Shown here piece by piece: positions 12,711 to 24,659 of a DNA stretch of 64,000 nucleotides (its first letter is position 1; every line of letters begins with the position of its first letter). The translations under genes were made by a program, and so were the position numbers. The DNA is from Octopus sinensis (Eukaryota). The notes under the pieces were generated by a model. It saw only the letters and a program-made list of their open reading frames with translations, was not told the origin of the DNA and searched no databases. The stretch covers positions 96,844,001 to 96,908,000 of the forward strand of contig NC_043004.1 in NCBI RefSeq assembly GCF_006345805.1, in the 5' to 3' direction.

Positions 12711-12731
12711 CAGCAGGCAAACTCTGTATAG
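12711..12731 (+). other. Candidate 21-nt microexon with tandem NAG acceptors
   Basis: ttttttttattgtag|CAGCAGGCAAACTCTGTATAG|gtaaga. Splice-signal evidence only. Confidence 0.3.
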
Positions 12732-13062
12732 GTAAGAGTTGGGAGGTGATTCAAAGCATAAATTTCGTCAATTTGTTAGGGATAGGAAGAGGTTCTTTGC
12801 AATAAAAGATTCCCTTTCCCCTGACTACCTACCACTTCATTGATACAATCTGTCAATTAATAGCGCTTCTGTAACAACCCACCCCCATAACTTTCTTGTT
12901 CCAGTACTAAAAATACTTGCATACACATACTTATGTGTATTTGTGTGTGTGTGTATGTATGTGTGTGTGTGTATATATATATATATAACTGTAATATAAA
13001 TATATACATATATATATATATACAGACACACACATATACACAAATATATACACACATATATG

Positions 13063-13121
<59 letters not shown>

Positions 13122-13389
13122 GAACGTGTGTACATATGTATATACATGCATATATGTATACATATGTATTTATCTATACATGTATACATATATACATATA
13201 TCTATGAGTCTGTATGTATATATATATATATATACACACACGTGTGTGTCTGTGTGCATATATATAAATATATCCTATTAATGCATATATATATGCGTGT
13301 GTGTGTGTGTGTGTATATATAGATAGATATGAATATAGAGATACATATAAAACTTATATTTAGTGGTCCTTATATGTTTAAAGATGAAC

Positions 13390-13805
13390 ATACACACATA
13401 CATACATACATACATATATGTATGCATGGATGTATTCATGTATGTATGTATGCATGTATGTATGTATGTATGTATGTATGTATGTATGTATGTATGTATG
13501 TATGCATGCATGTATGTATGTATGCATGTATGTATGTATGTATGTATGTATGTATGTATGCATGTATGTATTCATGTATGTATGTATGCATGTATGTATG
13601 TATGCATGTATGTATGTATGTATGCATGTATGTATGTATGTATGTATGTATGCATGTATGTATTCATGTATGTATGTATTCATGTATGTATGTATGCATG
13701 TATGCATGTATGTATGTATGTATGTATGTATGTATGTATGCATGTATGTATGTATGTATGTATGTATGTATGTATGTATGTATGTATGTATGTATGCATG
13801 TATGC

Positions 13806-13835
<30 letters not shown>
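13390..13835. repeat. (CATA)n/(TATG)n tetranucleotide array with CATG and TTCA variants
   Basis: Read directly; source of the MYVC and HTYI pseudo-ORFs. Confidence 0.95.
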
Positions 13836-13837
<2 letters not shown>

Positions 13838-14262
13838 CACTTCAACAGTCTAGATTAAATGATGGCATCTGACTTGATATTGGTGATTGTTGGGATGTCA
13901 GAGCTGGTAGAGAAGTATGTATATTATATTATGTCCAATGGGAGGGAGATGGACAAAGAGGAGGAGAGAGAGAGAGAGAGAGAGAGCGGCGGGAGTGTGA
14001 GTGAGGGGATGAGAAGAAGTGAAGGGGTAGTAGGAGGAAAAGAAGGAGGCGGATAAAAGCTATAAAATATAGAGATTTAGCATTGATAGGATGTATGCTG
14101 TCATTAGGAAAATTATATTTATGCGTGTATATGTGTGTCTGTGTGTGTGTCTGTGTATTTGCGCCCGTTTGTGACTATGTTTTGATAGGAAGAATATTTT
14201 TATGTTTATAAATATTTGTTGTGTGCAAATTCATATGCGCATATATGATTATCTCTGTACAT

Positions 14263-14301
<39 letters not shown>

Positions 14302-14357
14302 GGCTAGGTATTTCTATTTATCTATACAACCACTCATATAGATGTTTAAGAGATATG

Positions 14358-14444
<87 letters not shown>

Positions 14445-14527
14445 TGCACAAAGAGAGAGAGAGAGAGATCTGTGAGTATAAGAGTATAAACACACATACA
14501 TTATATACACTCATTCACACTGTATAT

Positions 14528-14561
<34 letters not shown>

Positions 14562-15878
14562 GTATATATATGTATGTATATGTAGATGACATATAGAAGC
14601 TGTCCTCTTTTGTTGTTGAATATTTCAGTGGAAAGTGGAATATGAGATATTGTTAATAATGTTGATATGAAGAGATTTGAGAGATCTGATAGAGGTGTAA
14701 TAATAAATGGAGAGATAGTATATTGTTTCTGAAGCAAACAAAGAATAAATGAAGAAAAAAAAATATATATACAGGGTGTTTAGTATTTATAGAACATAGA
14801 TATAGCCATTACAATATGAATGACATTATAAGGCTACAGAAGAAAAAAAAAAAGTTTTAGCAAGAGCAAAAGATTGAGATAATGGGCTTTACGGATTGTG
14901 TAGAAGTCTGATAATGGTGCTGTTATTTATGGAGAATTAATGTCTATGCAATATAGAGGACATTGATATTATGTGTATCTAAAGCGATATATTGCCTGCA
15001 GAATATAAAAGACTATTATTAGCGGTACCGAATTGTGTGATGCTGTTGCTCGCTTTCAAAGTCAAGCCTAATTGTCGATTCATTTGAGTGGGGATACCAA
15101 CATAGAATTTATTCCCAAGTTGCAAGGTGAATCATTTATTGGTTGGGAGGTCTGAGACAGGTGTGCTCATGTGCTGGTAGTTGTCGCATGGTTCTTAACC
15201 CTTTGGGTATATAACCTAACAATGCTTGTTGTTGCATCATGGATGATGATATTTCTACTCTGCTAATATTTGTGAAATAAGCATGTTTTGCTGATCCTTT
15301 ATGTTTCGTATGAATATTTTTTGATAGCAACTCTCCCTGAAGCCATTCTTGTCTCTATGATACAAGCTCCCTGGTTTAAAATGATTGCTATTAAAGCTTT
15401 CCATCAAAATCTCGTATTAATCTATATTCCAAACACCGGTTTAATTATGTCAAAACTACTTTAATAAATTACTCGTTTTCAAAATCATCTAAATTAAAGA
15501 CTGTGTTTCAATAGAAATATTGTATCAAAAAATATTTTTACACTACAAAAGAATGGTTCCTAAAATTCTCTCATACTAAATTAATTTCTAATAACGATTT
15601 GAAATTTTGGCGGAAGGCCAGCAGTTTCAGGGAAGGGGTTAAGTCGATTACATCGACCCCAGCACTCAACTGGTACTTATTATTAATTGCTAATAATGTC
15701 AGTTCTTGTTCTGGCTATTTAGGCTTATGGGGTAACAGCAAGGAGTTATGTTCCAGTGGAAGAATAAAAAGCCTTTGTTAATGAAATGATTTGATTGATA
15801 ATTTCTACTGACAGAGATACTGCCAATATTTATTAATGTAATCAAACTTCATTTCCCTTAACCCACTACACCAAAGCT

Positions 15879-16140
15879 GGAGGTGCATGGCTTAGTGGTA
15901 AGGGTGTTGTTATTCATGATCATGATCAAGATTGTGGTTTTGATTCCTGGACTAGGTTACATGTATGTATTCTTGAGCGAGACACTTCATTTCATATTGC
16001 TCCAATCCACCCAGCTGGCAAAAGTGAGCAATCCTGTGAAGGACTAGCATCCCATCCAGGTGGGGAATTTATATGCCATGAAACCGGGGAAACTGACCTT
16101 TATGAGTCCATATGACTCAAGAAGGTAACCTTTACTTTTT
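15879..16140 (+). mobile_element. tRNA-headed SINE sharing its 3' tail with family C
   Basis: Head GGAGGTGCATGGCTTAGTGG..TTTGATTCC, core CTTGAGCGAGACACTTCATTTCA, tail CCCATCCAGGTGGGGAA..GAAACCGGGGAAAC as in 35060-35110. Confidence 0.75.
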
Positions 16141-16220
16141 CTTTAACTTTACTATAGCAAAAAGCAACATATACGGTTCTTCTATACTACATCTCACATA
16201 TCCTTGGTAAAAGATATATA

Positions 16221-16707
16221 TTAGCAATAGAAGCAATATTAACACTGAGAAGTAATATTTGTTCCCATTTAAACATGGATGTTCTGTTAGAACAAACTAT
16301 ACTGTTGTAGATAACATGAGAGAAACTGTCATACTGGCTTTTGGTACAAAATAAATTCTTGCTTATATCACTTGCAGAGAGACAAATTCTTGCGATCTCC
16401 AGTGTTGAGACTACCAGATCCAGTGATTTCAACTTTTCTTGGTCTCATCAGTGATGGACACTCAACCACTAGAGATAGCAATTATTCATCTCCTCCCCAG
16501 CAATATATTGCAAAACTGTGCCAGAAGAGACACTGATGTCATGATTAGCAAGTGAGCTTGATAAGAAACATATATTAGTAACTGAAGTAGTTTTATTACC
16601 AAGAGGTAATATTTATCCTCACTTACATGTGAATGTTTTGGCAGAGCAAACTCTACTGTGGGAGATACCATGAGAGAAACTCGCATATTGACTATTGGTG
16701 CAAAATT
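16221..16707. repeat. Diverged direct duplication (about 133-bp units, 354 bp apart)
   Basis: 16221-16353 aligns to 16575-16707 without gaps; 33 mismatches in 132 nt by manual count (about 75% identity). Confidence 0.75.
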
Positions 16708-16906
16708 GATATCCATTATAAAAATAGACTAATAATTAGATGAAATTGTGTATATTAATAAAGCATAAATAATATACAAAAGATATTGCAAACTGATTAG
16801 TGGTGAGAAGAACTTTAAAAAAAAGATCAATTTTATCTTACACATTATGAATACTTATGAACACCACTATATAAACATACATACACACATGCATGCACAC
16901 ACATAC

Positions 16907-16964
<58 letters not shown>

Positions 16965-17526
16965 TTGGCATAGTGTTTGTATCTCCACCATCCTTTGCCA
17001 ACCACTTTCGGTTTGTTTATGTCCCCATAACATTAGCAATTATGGGGTCATAAGTATTGGAGTTGATTTGTTTGAGAAAAAAACCATTTAAGGTGGTGCT
17101 CCAGATTGACCACAGTCAGGTGACTGAAAGAAGTAAAAAGAAAAAGATATTTGGTGAATGGGTAAAGGAACCTTACCTACCACTTACAGAATTTGATTCT
17201 TGTTTATTTTATTGATTTTACTGATTGGTCATGGAAAAATGCAAGGTACAGTTTGGTAGGATTTGAGCTCAGAACAACAATAGATGTTGTACTTTCATTG
17301 AAATTAACAAATGTCCCTCCAGAAAAAGTCTCAAAACTTCTGGAATGTACTTTGCATATGAGAATGTAGTAAAAATCCCATATGTGTCTATGTGCGTAAG
17401 TGAGTGAGTGTGTGTGCGTGTGTGTGTGTGTGTGTGTTATTTCGTATAACTGAATTTGTACTTCCCTCATGTGTGCTGGTTTATAAACAATGACTTTCTG
17501 ATGGTGTTATTTACTTGCAGTCTACC

Positions 17527-17578
17527 ATGAAAGCATATGTAGGCTTCCTGACATCTCTTGCTATTTTGTGCAATCTGG
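17527..17578 (+). CDS. Candidate first coding exon encoding a signal peptide (MKAYVGFLTSLAILCNL)
   Basis: Acceptor ttatttacttgcag at 17520, TCTACC-ATG start context, basic N-terminus plus hydrophobic stretch, phase-1 donor G|gtaaat at 17579. Confidence 0.45.
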
Positions 17579-17818
17579 GTAAATAGAACCGGTCATTCAA
17601 CCAGTGCCATTTTGTTTTCAGTTCTCAGCATAAAACATGTTTGCTGTGTGATAGACTTGGAAATTATTATCATGCTTGGAACTGTGTGAAGGGGGTGGGA
17701 TTCCATCTGCAAAACCTCTGCCTGATGTCCATTTGTGTGACTCATGTAAGCATGGAAAAGTAGACGTTAAAATGATGATGATGACCACGATGATAATAAG
17801 GATGATATGGATTATTCC

Positions 17819-18050
17819 TTTATTCTTTTATTCTTTTACTTGTTTCAGTCATTTGACTGTGGTCATGCTGGAGCACCACCTTTAGTCGAGCAAATCGACC
17901 CCAGGACTTATTCTTTGGAAGCCTAGTACTTATTCTGTTGGTCTCTTTTGCCGAACTACTAAGTTATGAGGATGTAAACACACAAGCATTGGTTGTCAAA
18001 CGATGTTGGGGGACAAACACAGACACACAAACATGTACGCACACACATAC
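17819..18050 (-). mobile_element. SINE family A, 3' half
   Basis: Matches 374-600. Confidence 0.85.
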
Positions 18051-18053
18051 ACG

Positions 18054-18953
18054 CTAGCAGAAATACCCGGCGTTGCCCGGGTTAAGGAGAATAAGTCAAT
18101 TTTAAAATGCTGTCTATATTATGCAGGTCTCAACTGCTAGTAACTGAGATACCAACATTCTACATTAATAACTCTCCAACCCATGCGAACATGGAACATA
18201 GACGTTCAGTGAAATGTTAAAAGAAAGTTTTCAACTCATATATGTATATAAGGTAACTACACGTAATTCAAAAACACGTTTTGTGTAGCTTTTTCGTAAC
18301 AAAAAAAAAACTGGTACAGATTATAAACAATGAAAGGCCAGCTTTGGTGATTCATTTAACATAGTAGGGAGGTAATCCGATGATAAATCTGACATAGGAT
18401 CTTTAAAATTTGTATGAATTCTGGCTCAGTTAAATCTTTGGTGGCTCCAAATGATGTCAGCTGTAGTGCTGCATTGTATTGTCTAATTTTGCTTTGGAAG
18501 TGCTTGGAATCTTGGTTAGTTGATGACAACAATTTCTTCAATGGCTCTGGAGGTATGGGGGATAGCAGGGTGTTTAACCTTTCCACGACGGCAGCATAGT
18601 GCAGGTGTATTTCCAGGCCACTTACTTGCTTTAAAATGTAAGCACAATTGTCATTGCACCAATGGAAGCTCTAGTGTCATCTGCATAATGAACTACTGGT
18701 TCATAGTTTAAAGCTGCTTCATAGTAGTAGATACTCTTTCTCTTTCTCTTTCTCTTTTACTTGTTTCAGTCATTTGACTGCGGCCATGCTGGAGCACCGC
18801 CTTTAATCGAGCAACTCGACCCCGGGACCTATTCTTTTGTAAGCCCAGTACTTATTCTATCGATCTCTTTTGCCGAACCGCTAAGTAACGGGGACATAAA
18901 CACACCAGCATCGGTTGTCAAGCAATGCTAGAGGGACAGACACAGACACACAA

Positions 18954-18988
<35 letters not shown>

Positions 18989-20460
18989 CATATATACGAC
19001 AGGCTTCTTTCAGTTTCCGTCTACCAAATCCACTCACAAGGCTTTGGTTGGCCCGAGGCTATAGTAGAAGACACTTGCCGAAGGTGCCACGCAGTGGGAC
19101 TGAACCCGGAACCATGTGGTTGGTAAACAAGCTACTTACCCCACAGCCACTCCTGCGCCTCTGAATTGTTGCAACTGCTCTTCGTTCTGCAGTGGAGCTC
19201 CTATTCCTTGTCAGCCGTGCATACCTCTGTTCATCATTTTGAGATGCTCTGGCTTTTAAAGTGCACAGTCTTTTCGCTTCTTTGTATGCCTCCCTTTCAG
19301 CAGCTTTCTCCCTTTCCCCTGGACAGAGCCATTCTTTTGGGTGACCTTAACATTGTAGACAAATTTGACAGTTTCCTTCTAGGCATGTTAATATATGTAG
19401 GTAACGGAAGTTATATTTCTTAATACAACGGGCAGAAAGTAAATAAGAAATTTTTATATAAAATAAAGAATTGTACGGGTTGAAGCGAAATTTATCAGTG
19501 AACCAAAGAACCAGTATCGAAGGAAACAGAAAAAAGCTGTTAACAACAGAAAAACACAAAACCGTTGCAAAAGTAAATAAGACATTTTTAGAAAAATCGA
19601 CTAAATGTTCAGATTTAAGTAAAATTTTTGTAGTTCCTTCTGTCAGTAAATTATAAACTTACTTTTATCAGTAATTCCATCAACAACAAAAAAACACAAA
19701 ATATGGCAAAATTAAATATAAAATTTGTAGACAAATTTAACGAAGTGTACGGATTGAAGTGAAATTTATGAAGTTACTTCTTTCAGTAAATTATGTATGA
19801 AATTACTTTCATCGTTAACTGTGAACTTCTTTCTGTCAGTAATTTGTCATTGTTTGTAAATAACGATTGAAAACTTACAGTGAAAACAATAGAGACTGAA
19901 TGAGATAGAGAGAGAGGGGGAGAGAAAGAGCTAGCTAGTTAGACAAATAGGACATATAAATAGATAGATAAGATATAGATAGATAGATACAGAGATATAG
20001 ATAAATATAGTAATAGAAATAGATAGATATAGATAAAGATATATATGGGGCTAGAGATAGATAGAGAGCGATGGATAGAGAGATATAGATTGAGAGATAA
20101 AGACGTCACTGACGCTAGAAAATCAGAAGTAAATATTTTTTAAAAGTTTCAAAGACTTTAATCTAATATAAAAAGCAATATTTTTTATTTCTTTAATGAC
20201 CAATGGATGTAAGGGAGACAATAAATTTCTGAAATTTATTTCGCAAATAGTTATCTCCCTTCTCCACGTAACCCAGGAACGGGTGTTTTCTGCTCCCAGG
20301 TGGCCCATTACTCATTATGTGAAAATTTTAAGAGTCTAAAACCATCCCTGGAACATAAATAATGTATGTTCCCAGTGTGGAGAAAATCAGTTGAAAAATA
20401 TGGCCATTATATTCTTTTACGCACACACAGAACGGGATCTATATTACGTGTATATATCTA
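18054..20460 (-). mobile_element. Internally deleted Helitron retaining N-terminal Rep/Helicase coding remnants
   Basis: 3' CTAG (18054-57) with hairpin CCCGGGCAACGCCGGG. Remnants EAKRL..ARASQNDEQRYARL (19180-19300), IGAMTIVC..KWPG..LCC..GKV and PPEPLKKLL..SKHFQSKIRQYNAALQLTSFGA..QIYHR..SLL (18356-18700). The right (5') boundary is uncertain. Confidence 0.85.
18733..19160 (-). mobile_element. Full-length SINE family A nested in the Helitron ORF
   Basis: Complete head AGGCGCAGGAGTGGCTGTGG..GGTTCAGTCCC through to the tail; Helitron coding sequence is present on both sides. Confidence 0.92.
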
Positions 20461-20470
20461 TCTATATCTA

Positions 20471-20503
<33 letters not shown>

Positions 20504-20504
<1 letters not shown>

Positions 20505-20665
20505 GCGGGCTTCTTTCAATTTCTGTGTACCAAATTCGCTTACAAGGCTTTGGTCGGCCTGTGGCTATAGCAGAAAACACTTGCCCAAAGTGCCACGCAG
20601 TGGGACTGAACCCGGAAGCATGTGGTTGGTAAATCAGCTACTTACTACACTGCCACACCTACACC
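20504..20665 (-). mobile_element. SINE family A, 5' half
   Basis: Head and CTTTGGGCAAGTG core present. Confidence 0.8.
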
Positions 20666-21264
20666 TATCATTTTTAATCATTTATATCAACATTCTATAT
20701 ATTTAAAGGTGTCCTTATTCTTGTGATCTGAGTGGTGTTAAATTTGTTTGGTTAGCTTAAAATAGCTGTAAAAGTAGTACTGAATTTGTATCCCTGAAAG
20801 CTTATAATTTATCGGCTCTCCAATCGTTAATCTAATACACAGGCTTAGTTTCATTGTCACTGCGAAAGAGCTGCTAATTTAAAGTTTTCGTAGACGAAAT
20901 TGAGTACTACTACTAAGGCTGCTTCAAGCATGTTATGGAAATTTATTTCTACAACTACTGCTGCGATATCTGCCTGAAGCTGATGCTTGCGTAACATCCC
21001 TTATTTTAAAGAAACTTCTAAATTATCCTAATGCAATTACCAACAAAAACTAAACTTTACCAAAAAAGAATAAATAAATAAATAAATGACATTTAATTCA
21101 AGAAAAAGGGAAGCATAAAATTTTTCCCAACAAATTAAGTATTAAAGACCAGAAATTATAAAATCATATGACACTAGTATTTCAATATAAAATTCTCTAA
21201 ACAGAATCCTGTCTGCGTGACGACGAACCTATATGTATACCAATTATATGTATACCATAATTAT

Positions 21265-21470
21265 AAGACGGCGAGCTGCCAGAATCGTTAGCACGCAGGG
21301 CGAAATGCGTAGCCGTATTTCATCTGCTGTCACGTGTTCTGGGTTTAAATTCCACCGAGGTCGACTTTGCCTTTCATCCTTTCGGTGTCGATAAATTAAG
21401 TACCAGTTACGCACTGAGGTCGATATAATCGACTTAATCCCTTTGTTTGTCCCCTCTATGTTTAGCCCCA
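21265..21470 (+). mobile_element. SINE family B (tail type i)
   Basis: Head GGCGAGCTGCCAGAATCGTTAGC..GGGTTTAAATTCC, core CTTTGCCTTTCATCCTTTCGG, tail GTTTGTCCCCTCT..TTTAGCCCC. Confidence 0.88.
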
Positions 21471-22203
21471 GTTTAGAGTTATCTAATCATGTAATTCACT
21501 TAATTTCTTTAATTTCTTTTGCTGGATATTCATGTGAAATCGTTTCTACTAGTTTCGCTTTGGATTAAAATCCAAGTATTCTCCTGGGTATTGTAACACT
21601 CAAAGTTTCTTGTTTTTAATGAAGAATTCCCTGATTATTCCTGGAGTAGGCTTCAGGTAAATTTCTAGTTGAAAAACTTACGACCCATCAAAAATACATC
21701 TGGTATATGGAAGTATGTATGGTCATTTCTAAGATCTCCAGATAAACTGTTATGTTTACAGTACCCTTGAACTTTCCTTTTTTGGTCAGAACTGCCGTTC
21801 CTAGTAATTATGGGACTGGCCTTTTCACAGATATGTATTTCTAAATCACAACATTGTCACCACACTGTTCAAGTATCAGATTCAAACTTTCTGATTGAAA
21901 CATTTCTACTGTATGACTTCACATGTATTCTTAGCAGTCAAAGCCTAAGGTAGCTAAATGAAAGCACATTGCTTTTTCAAACAAATGTCCACGTTACTTT
22001 ATATATAACATATGACACTTACACAACTGGCTTTATTAATTTTGATATTAGTGAAGCAATCTTTATGTAGTTCTGTCAAGCATAATTAAAAAATTTTAAT
22101 GACAGCCAGTTTTTTTTTTACATTAACGAACAAGGAATACATCAGTCCGTCATTTAATCCTTGTGGCGTTACAATATTTCTATTGAGAAAAAGACAGCGA
22201 GTA

Positions 22204-22837
22204 GGCAGAAACGTTGGCGGGTTGGGCGAAATACTTAGTGGCATTTCGTCTGATTTATGTTCTGAGTTTAAATTCCACAGTGGTCAACTTTGCCTTTCAT
22301 CTTTTCGGGGTTGATAAATTAGGTACCAGTTACAAATTGGCCCCCTTCCCCCAAATTTCGGGCCTTGGGCCTTAGAGTAGAAAAGAATATTTCCATTGAA
22401 AAAAATCTGCGTTTGCTTCAATTAACTCTGAAAACAATAAAGTATTTCGTAAAATAATTTTGTCATTATTAAGCTTTTATTTGGATTATATATTGATTTC
22501 AAATTTTGGTACAAACCCAGTAATTTCCAGGGGGGACTATGTCGGTTACGTCGACCTCAGTATGTAACTGGTACTTATTTTATCAACCTCGAAAGGAAGA
22601 AGAGTAAAGTCGACCTTGACAAAATTTGAACACAGAACGTACAGACAGACGACAGACAAAATGCGACTAAGCATTTTGACCGGCATGCTAACAATTCTGT
22701 AGGCAAAAGAGACCGATATAATAAGTACTAGGCTTACAAAGAATAAGTTCTGGGGTCGATTTACTCGACTACAAGCCGGTGCTCCATCATGGCCGCAGTC
22801 AAGTGACTGAAACAAGTAAAAGAGTGGAGTAAAAAGA

Positions 22838-22840
<3 letters not shown>
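22204..22840. mobile_element. Cluster: SINE B (+, 22204-22385), SINE B (-, 22500-22700), SINE A 3' half (+, 22703-22840)
   Basis: Matches to the family cores described above. Confidence 0.75.
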
Positions 22841-22867
<27 letters not shown>

Positions 22868-22872
<5 letters not shown>

Positions 22873-23072
22873 TAATCCAAACAAGAAAGCACAAAAAAAC
22901 ACAACGAGAGGACGTGGAACAAATATAGTATTATTGGACGCTCAGGAAAGAAGGGAAGAAGGAGTGTTTAACGTTTCGAGCGGAGCTCTTCGTCGGAAAC
23001 ATAGGAGAAGGGAAGATCCAGAGAAGGGAAGACAGAGGAAAAAAATCGCCAACGGCACACACGAGGTCACAT
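22868..23072 (-). mobile_element. About 200-bp dispersed element carrying a hammerhead-like motif (further copies near 38480 and 40200)
   Basis: Three near-identical copies in the window, each adjacent to (TA)n. Confidence 0.8.
22966..23000 (-). ncRNA. Minimal type I hammerhead-like motif (U4C core variant)
   Basis: gttt-CCGACGA-a-gag(ctccg)ctc-GAAA-CGT-T-aaac: stem I gttt/aaac, palindromic ACGT helix III, GUU triplet. Confidence 0.55.
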
Positions 23073-23159
23073 TTTGAAAGACCGGAAGGAAAAGGGTGAA
23101 GAAGAATGTTTTCTTAGACAGAAGAGTAGTATTGTCAAAGACATCAGAATGGTAGGAGG

Positions 23160-23847
23160 GGGAATGTGTGTGTGTAAGCGTGGATATGTGCGTGCGTGGA
23201 GGTCTGCGTGTGCGTGTGTGTGTGTGTGTATGTGAGCAATGATGACACGTGTGTTTGTGCGTGCATGTGTGTGTGTGTATGTGTGTGTGGTTGTAGCCGT
23301 AAACAAAGGGCTAGTAGTGGGCTGGCTAGTTTGTAGGGCTAGTAGAATAATGAGTGGTGTTTTTGTCCCTGCCACAGGTCAGTCCTGTTACTTTGAAGTA
23401 TGTGTGTGTGTGCGTGTATGTATATGTATCGTGTGTGTGTTTTGTCTGTAGTGTGTGTGTGTATGTATGTGTGTATGCGTAGAGTTTGGGTATGTGGCGA
23501 ATAACGGTGCTATATTTAGTGTATGTGTACGTGTGTGCTTGTACGTGCGTATGTGTGTATATATGTATGCATAATTGTGTGCCATGTGTATGGGATGTAT
23601 GTGTGGGTTCATTTGTGTGTGTGTATGTATGTGCGTGCGTGTCGTATGTGCATGTAGTTGTGTGGGCGTAAGTGCGTGCGTGTGCGTGTGTGCACTTACG
23701 TGCGTGTATGTGTGTGTGTGTGTCTGTGCCCATGTGTGTATAAATGTGTGCGTATCTGTATGAGTATTGTTTGTTGGAGGTATATGTGGGCATCTGTGCT
23801 GGTGTGTGTGTTTGTACGTGTGTATGTGTGTGTGCGTGTATTGTGTG

Positions 23848-23878
<31 letters not shown>

Positions 23879-23920
23879 ACGTGCGTGCGAGTGAATGTAT
23901 GTATATATGTGCGTGTGTGT
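23160..23920. repeat. Long degenerate (GT)n-rich microsatellite tract
   Basis: Read directly from the sequence. Confidence 0.9.
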
Positions 23921-23929
23921 TCGACTACG

Positions 23930-24495
23930 CAGGGTACCGTGAATAAACTGTCGTCTAAGTTTCATAAAAATTAAAATAACACTGACATCTCATTTCAACA
24001 ATTATATTTACCAAAATCACATAAAAATATCCTGAAATACTAAAGAGTAAATTTATTCATTAAAATCGTCGTTGGCTTCAACCATGGCCTCCAGATGACT
24101 TTGGAATCTCCTGCAACTCTTCTGGACGGTTTCCTTGTTTAAGTTGGTGAATGCTGTCATAATCCTTGCCTTCAGTTCATCTTTGGTGTTACAAGAAGTT
24201 TTCTTGGTCTCTCTCGCTCAACTGCACCCCACACAATAATAAAGGTGCAGCAATCTGAGAAATTAGGTGGCCAGATGTTATGAGGTCGCAAAAATTATGT
24301 GACAGCCATGACTGGGTTCTCCTGCTTGTGTGGCATGGGGCAGAGTCCTGTTGCCAGACATAGGGTCTTCCAGTTACCATCCTCTTGACCCAGGGCAGCA
24401 ACACCTCCTCCAGGCACTTGATGTAGGCCTCCGTGTTGAGTGTGAGGCTGTGTGGGAAGATGAATGGTGACATAACGTTGCAATCACCAGTGGCA
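23930..24495 (-). mobile_element. Tc1/mariner superfamily (maT-like) transposon, 3' portion
   Basis: PFIFPHSLTLNTEAYIKCLEEVLLPWV..GRPYVWQQDSAPCHTS..WPPNFSDC..VWGAVERET..KDELKARI..LEAMVEANDDFNE*; terminal CAGGGT at 23930; frameshifted. Confidence 0.9.
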
Positions 24496-24659
24496 GAGTG
24501 AATTGCGTCATGGTACTGTTTTTCTCACTGACAGAGCCCAACTGACCCTACTATTTGTGTAGTCGACAAAGGGTAAGTATCTTCTACTATAGCCTCGGGC
24601 CGACCAAAGCTTTGTGAGTGGATCTGGTAGACGGAAACTGAAAGAAGCCCGTCGTATAT

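Noticed and set aside
11859-13872. Long ORFs of YIYI, MYVC, HTHT and CVCV type (here and throughout the window)
   Set aside because: They are translations of (TA)n, (TATG)n and (CA)n microsatellites, which lack stop codons in some frames.
14900-15340. Hydrophobic plus-strand frame and a minus-strand FYVG motif suggesting a membrane protein or GIY-YIG relic
   Set aside because: Multiple stops and no consistent motif series; cannot be assigned.
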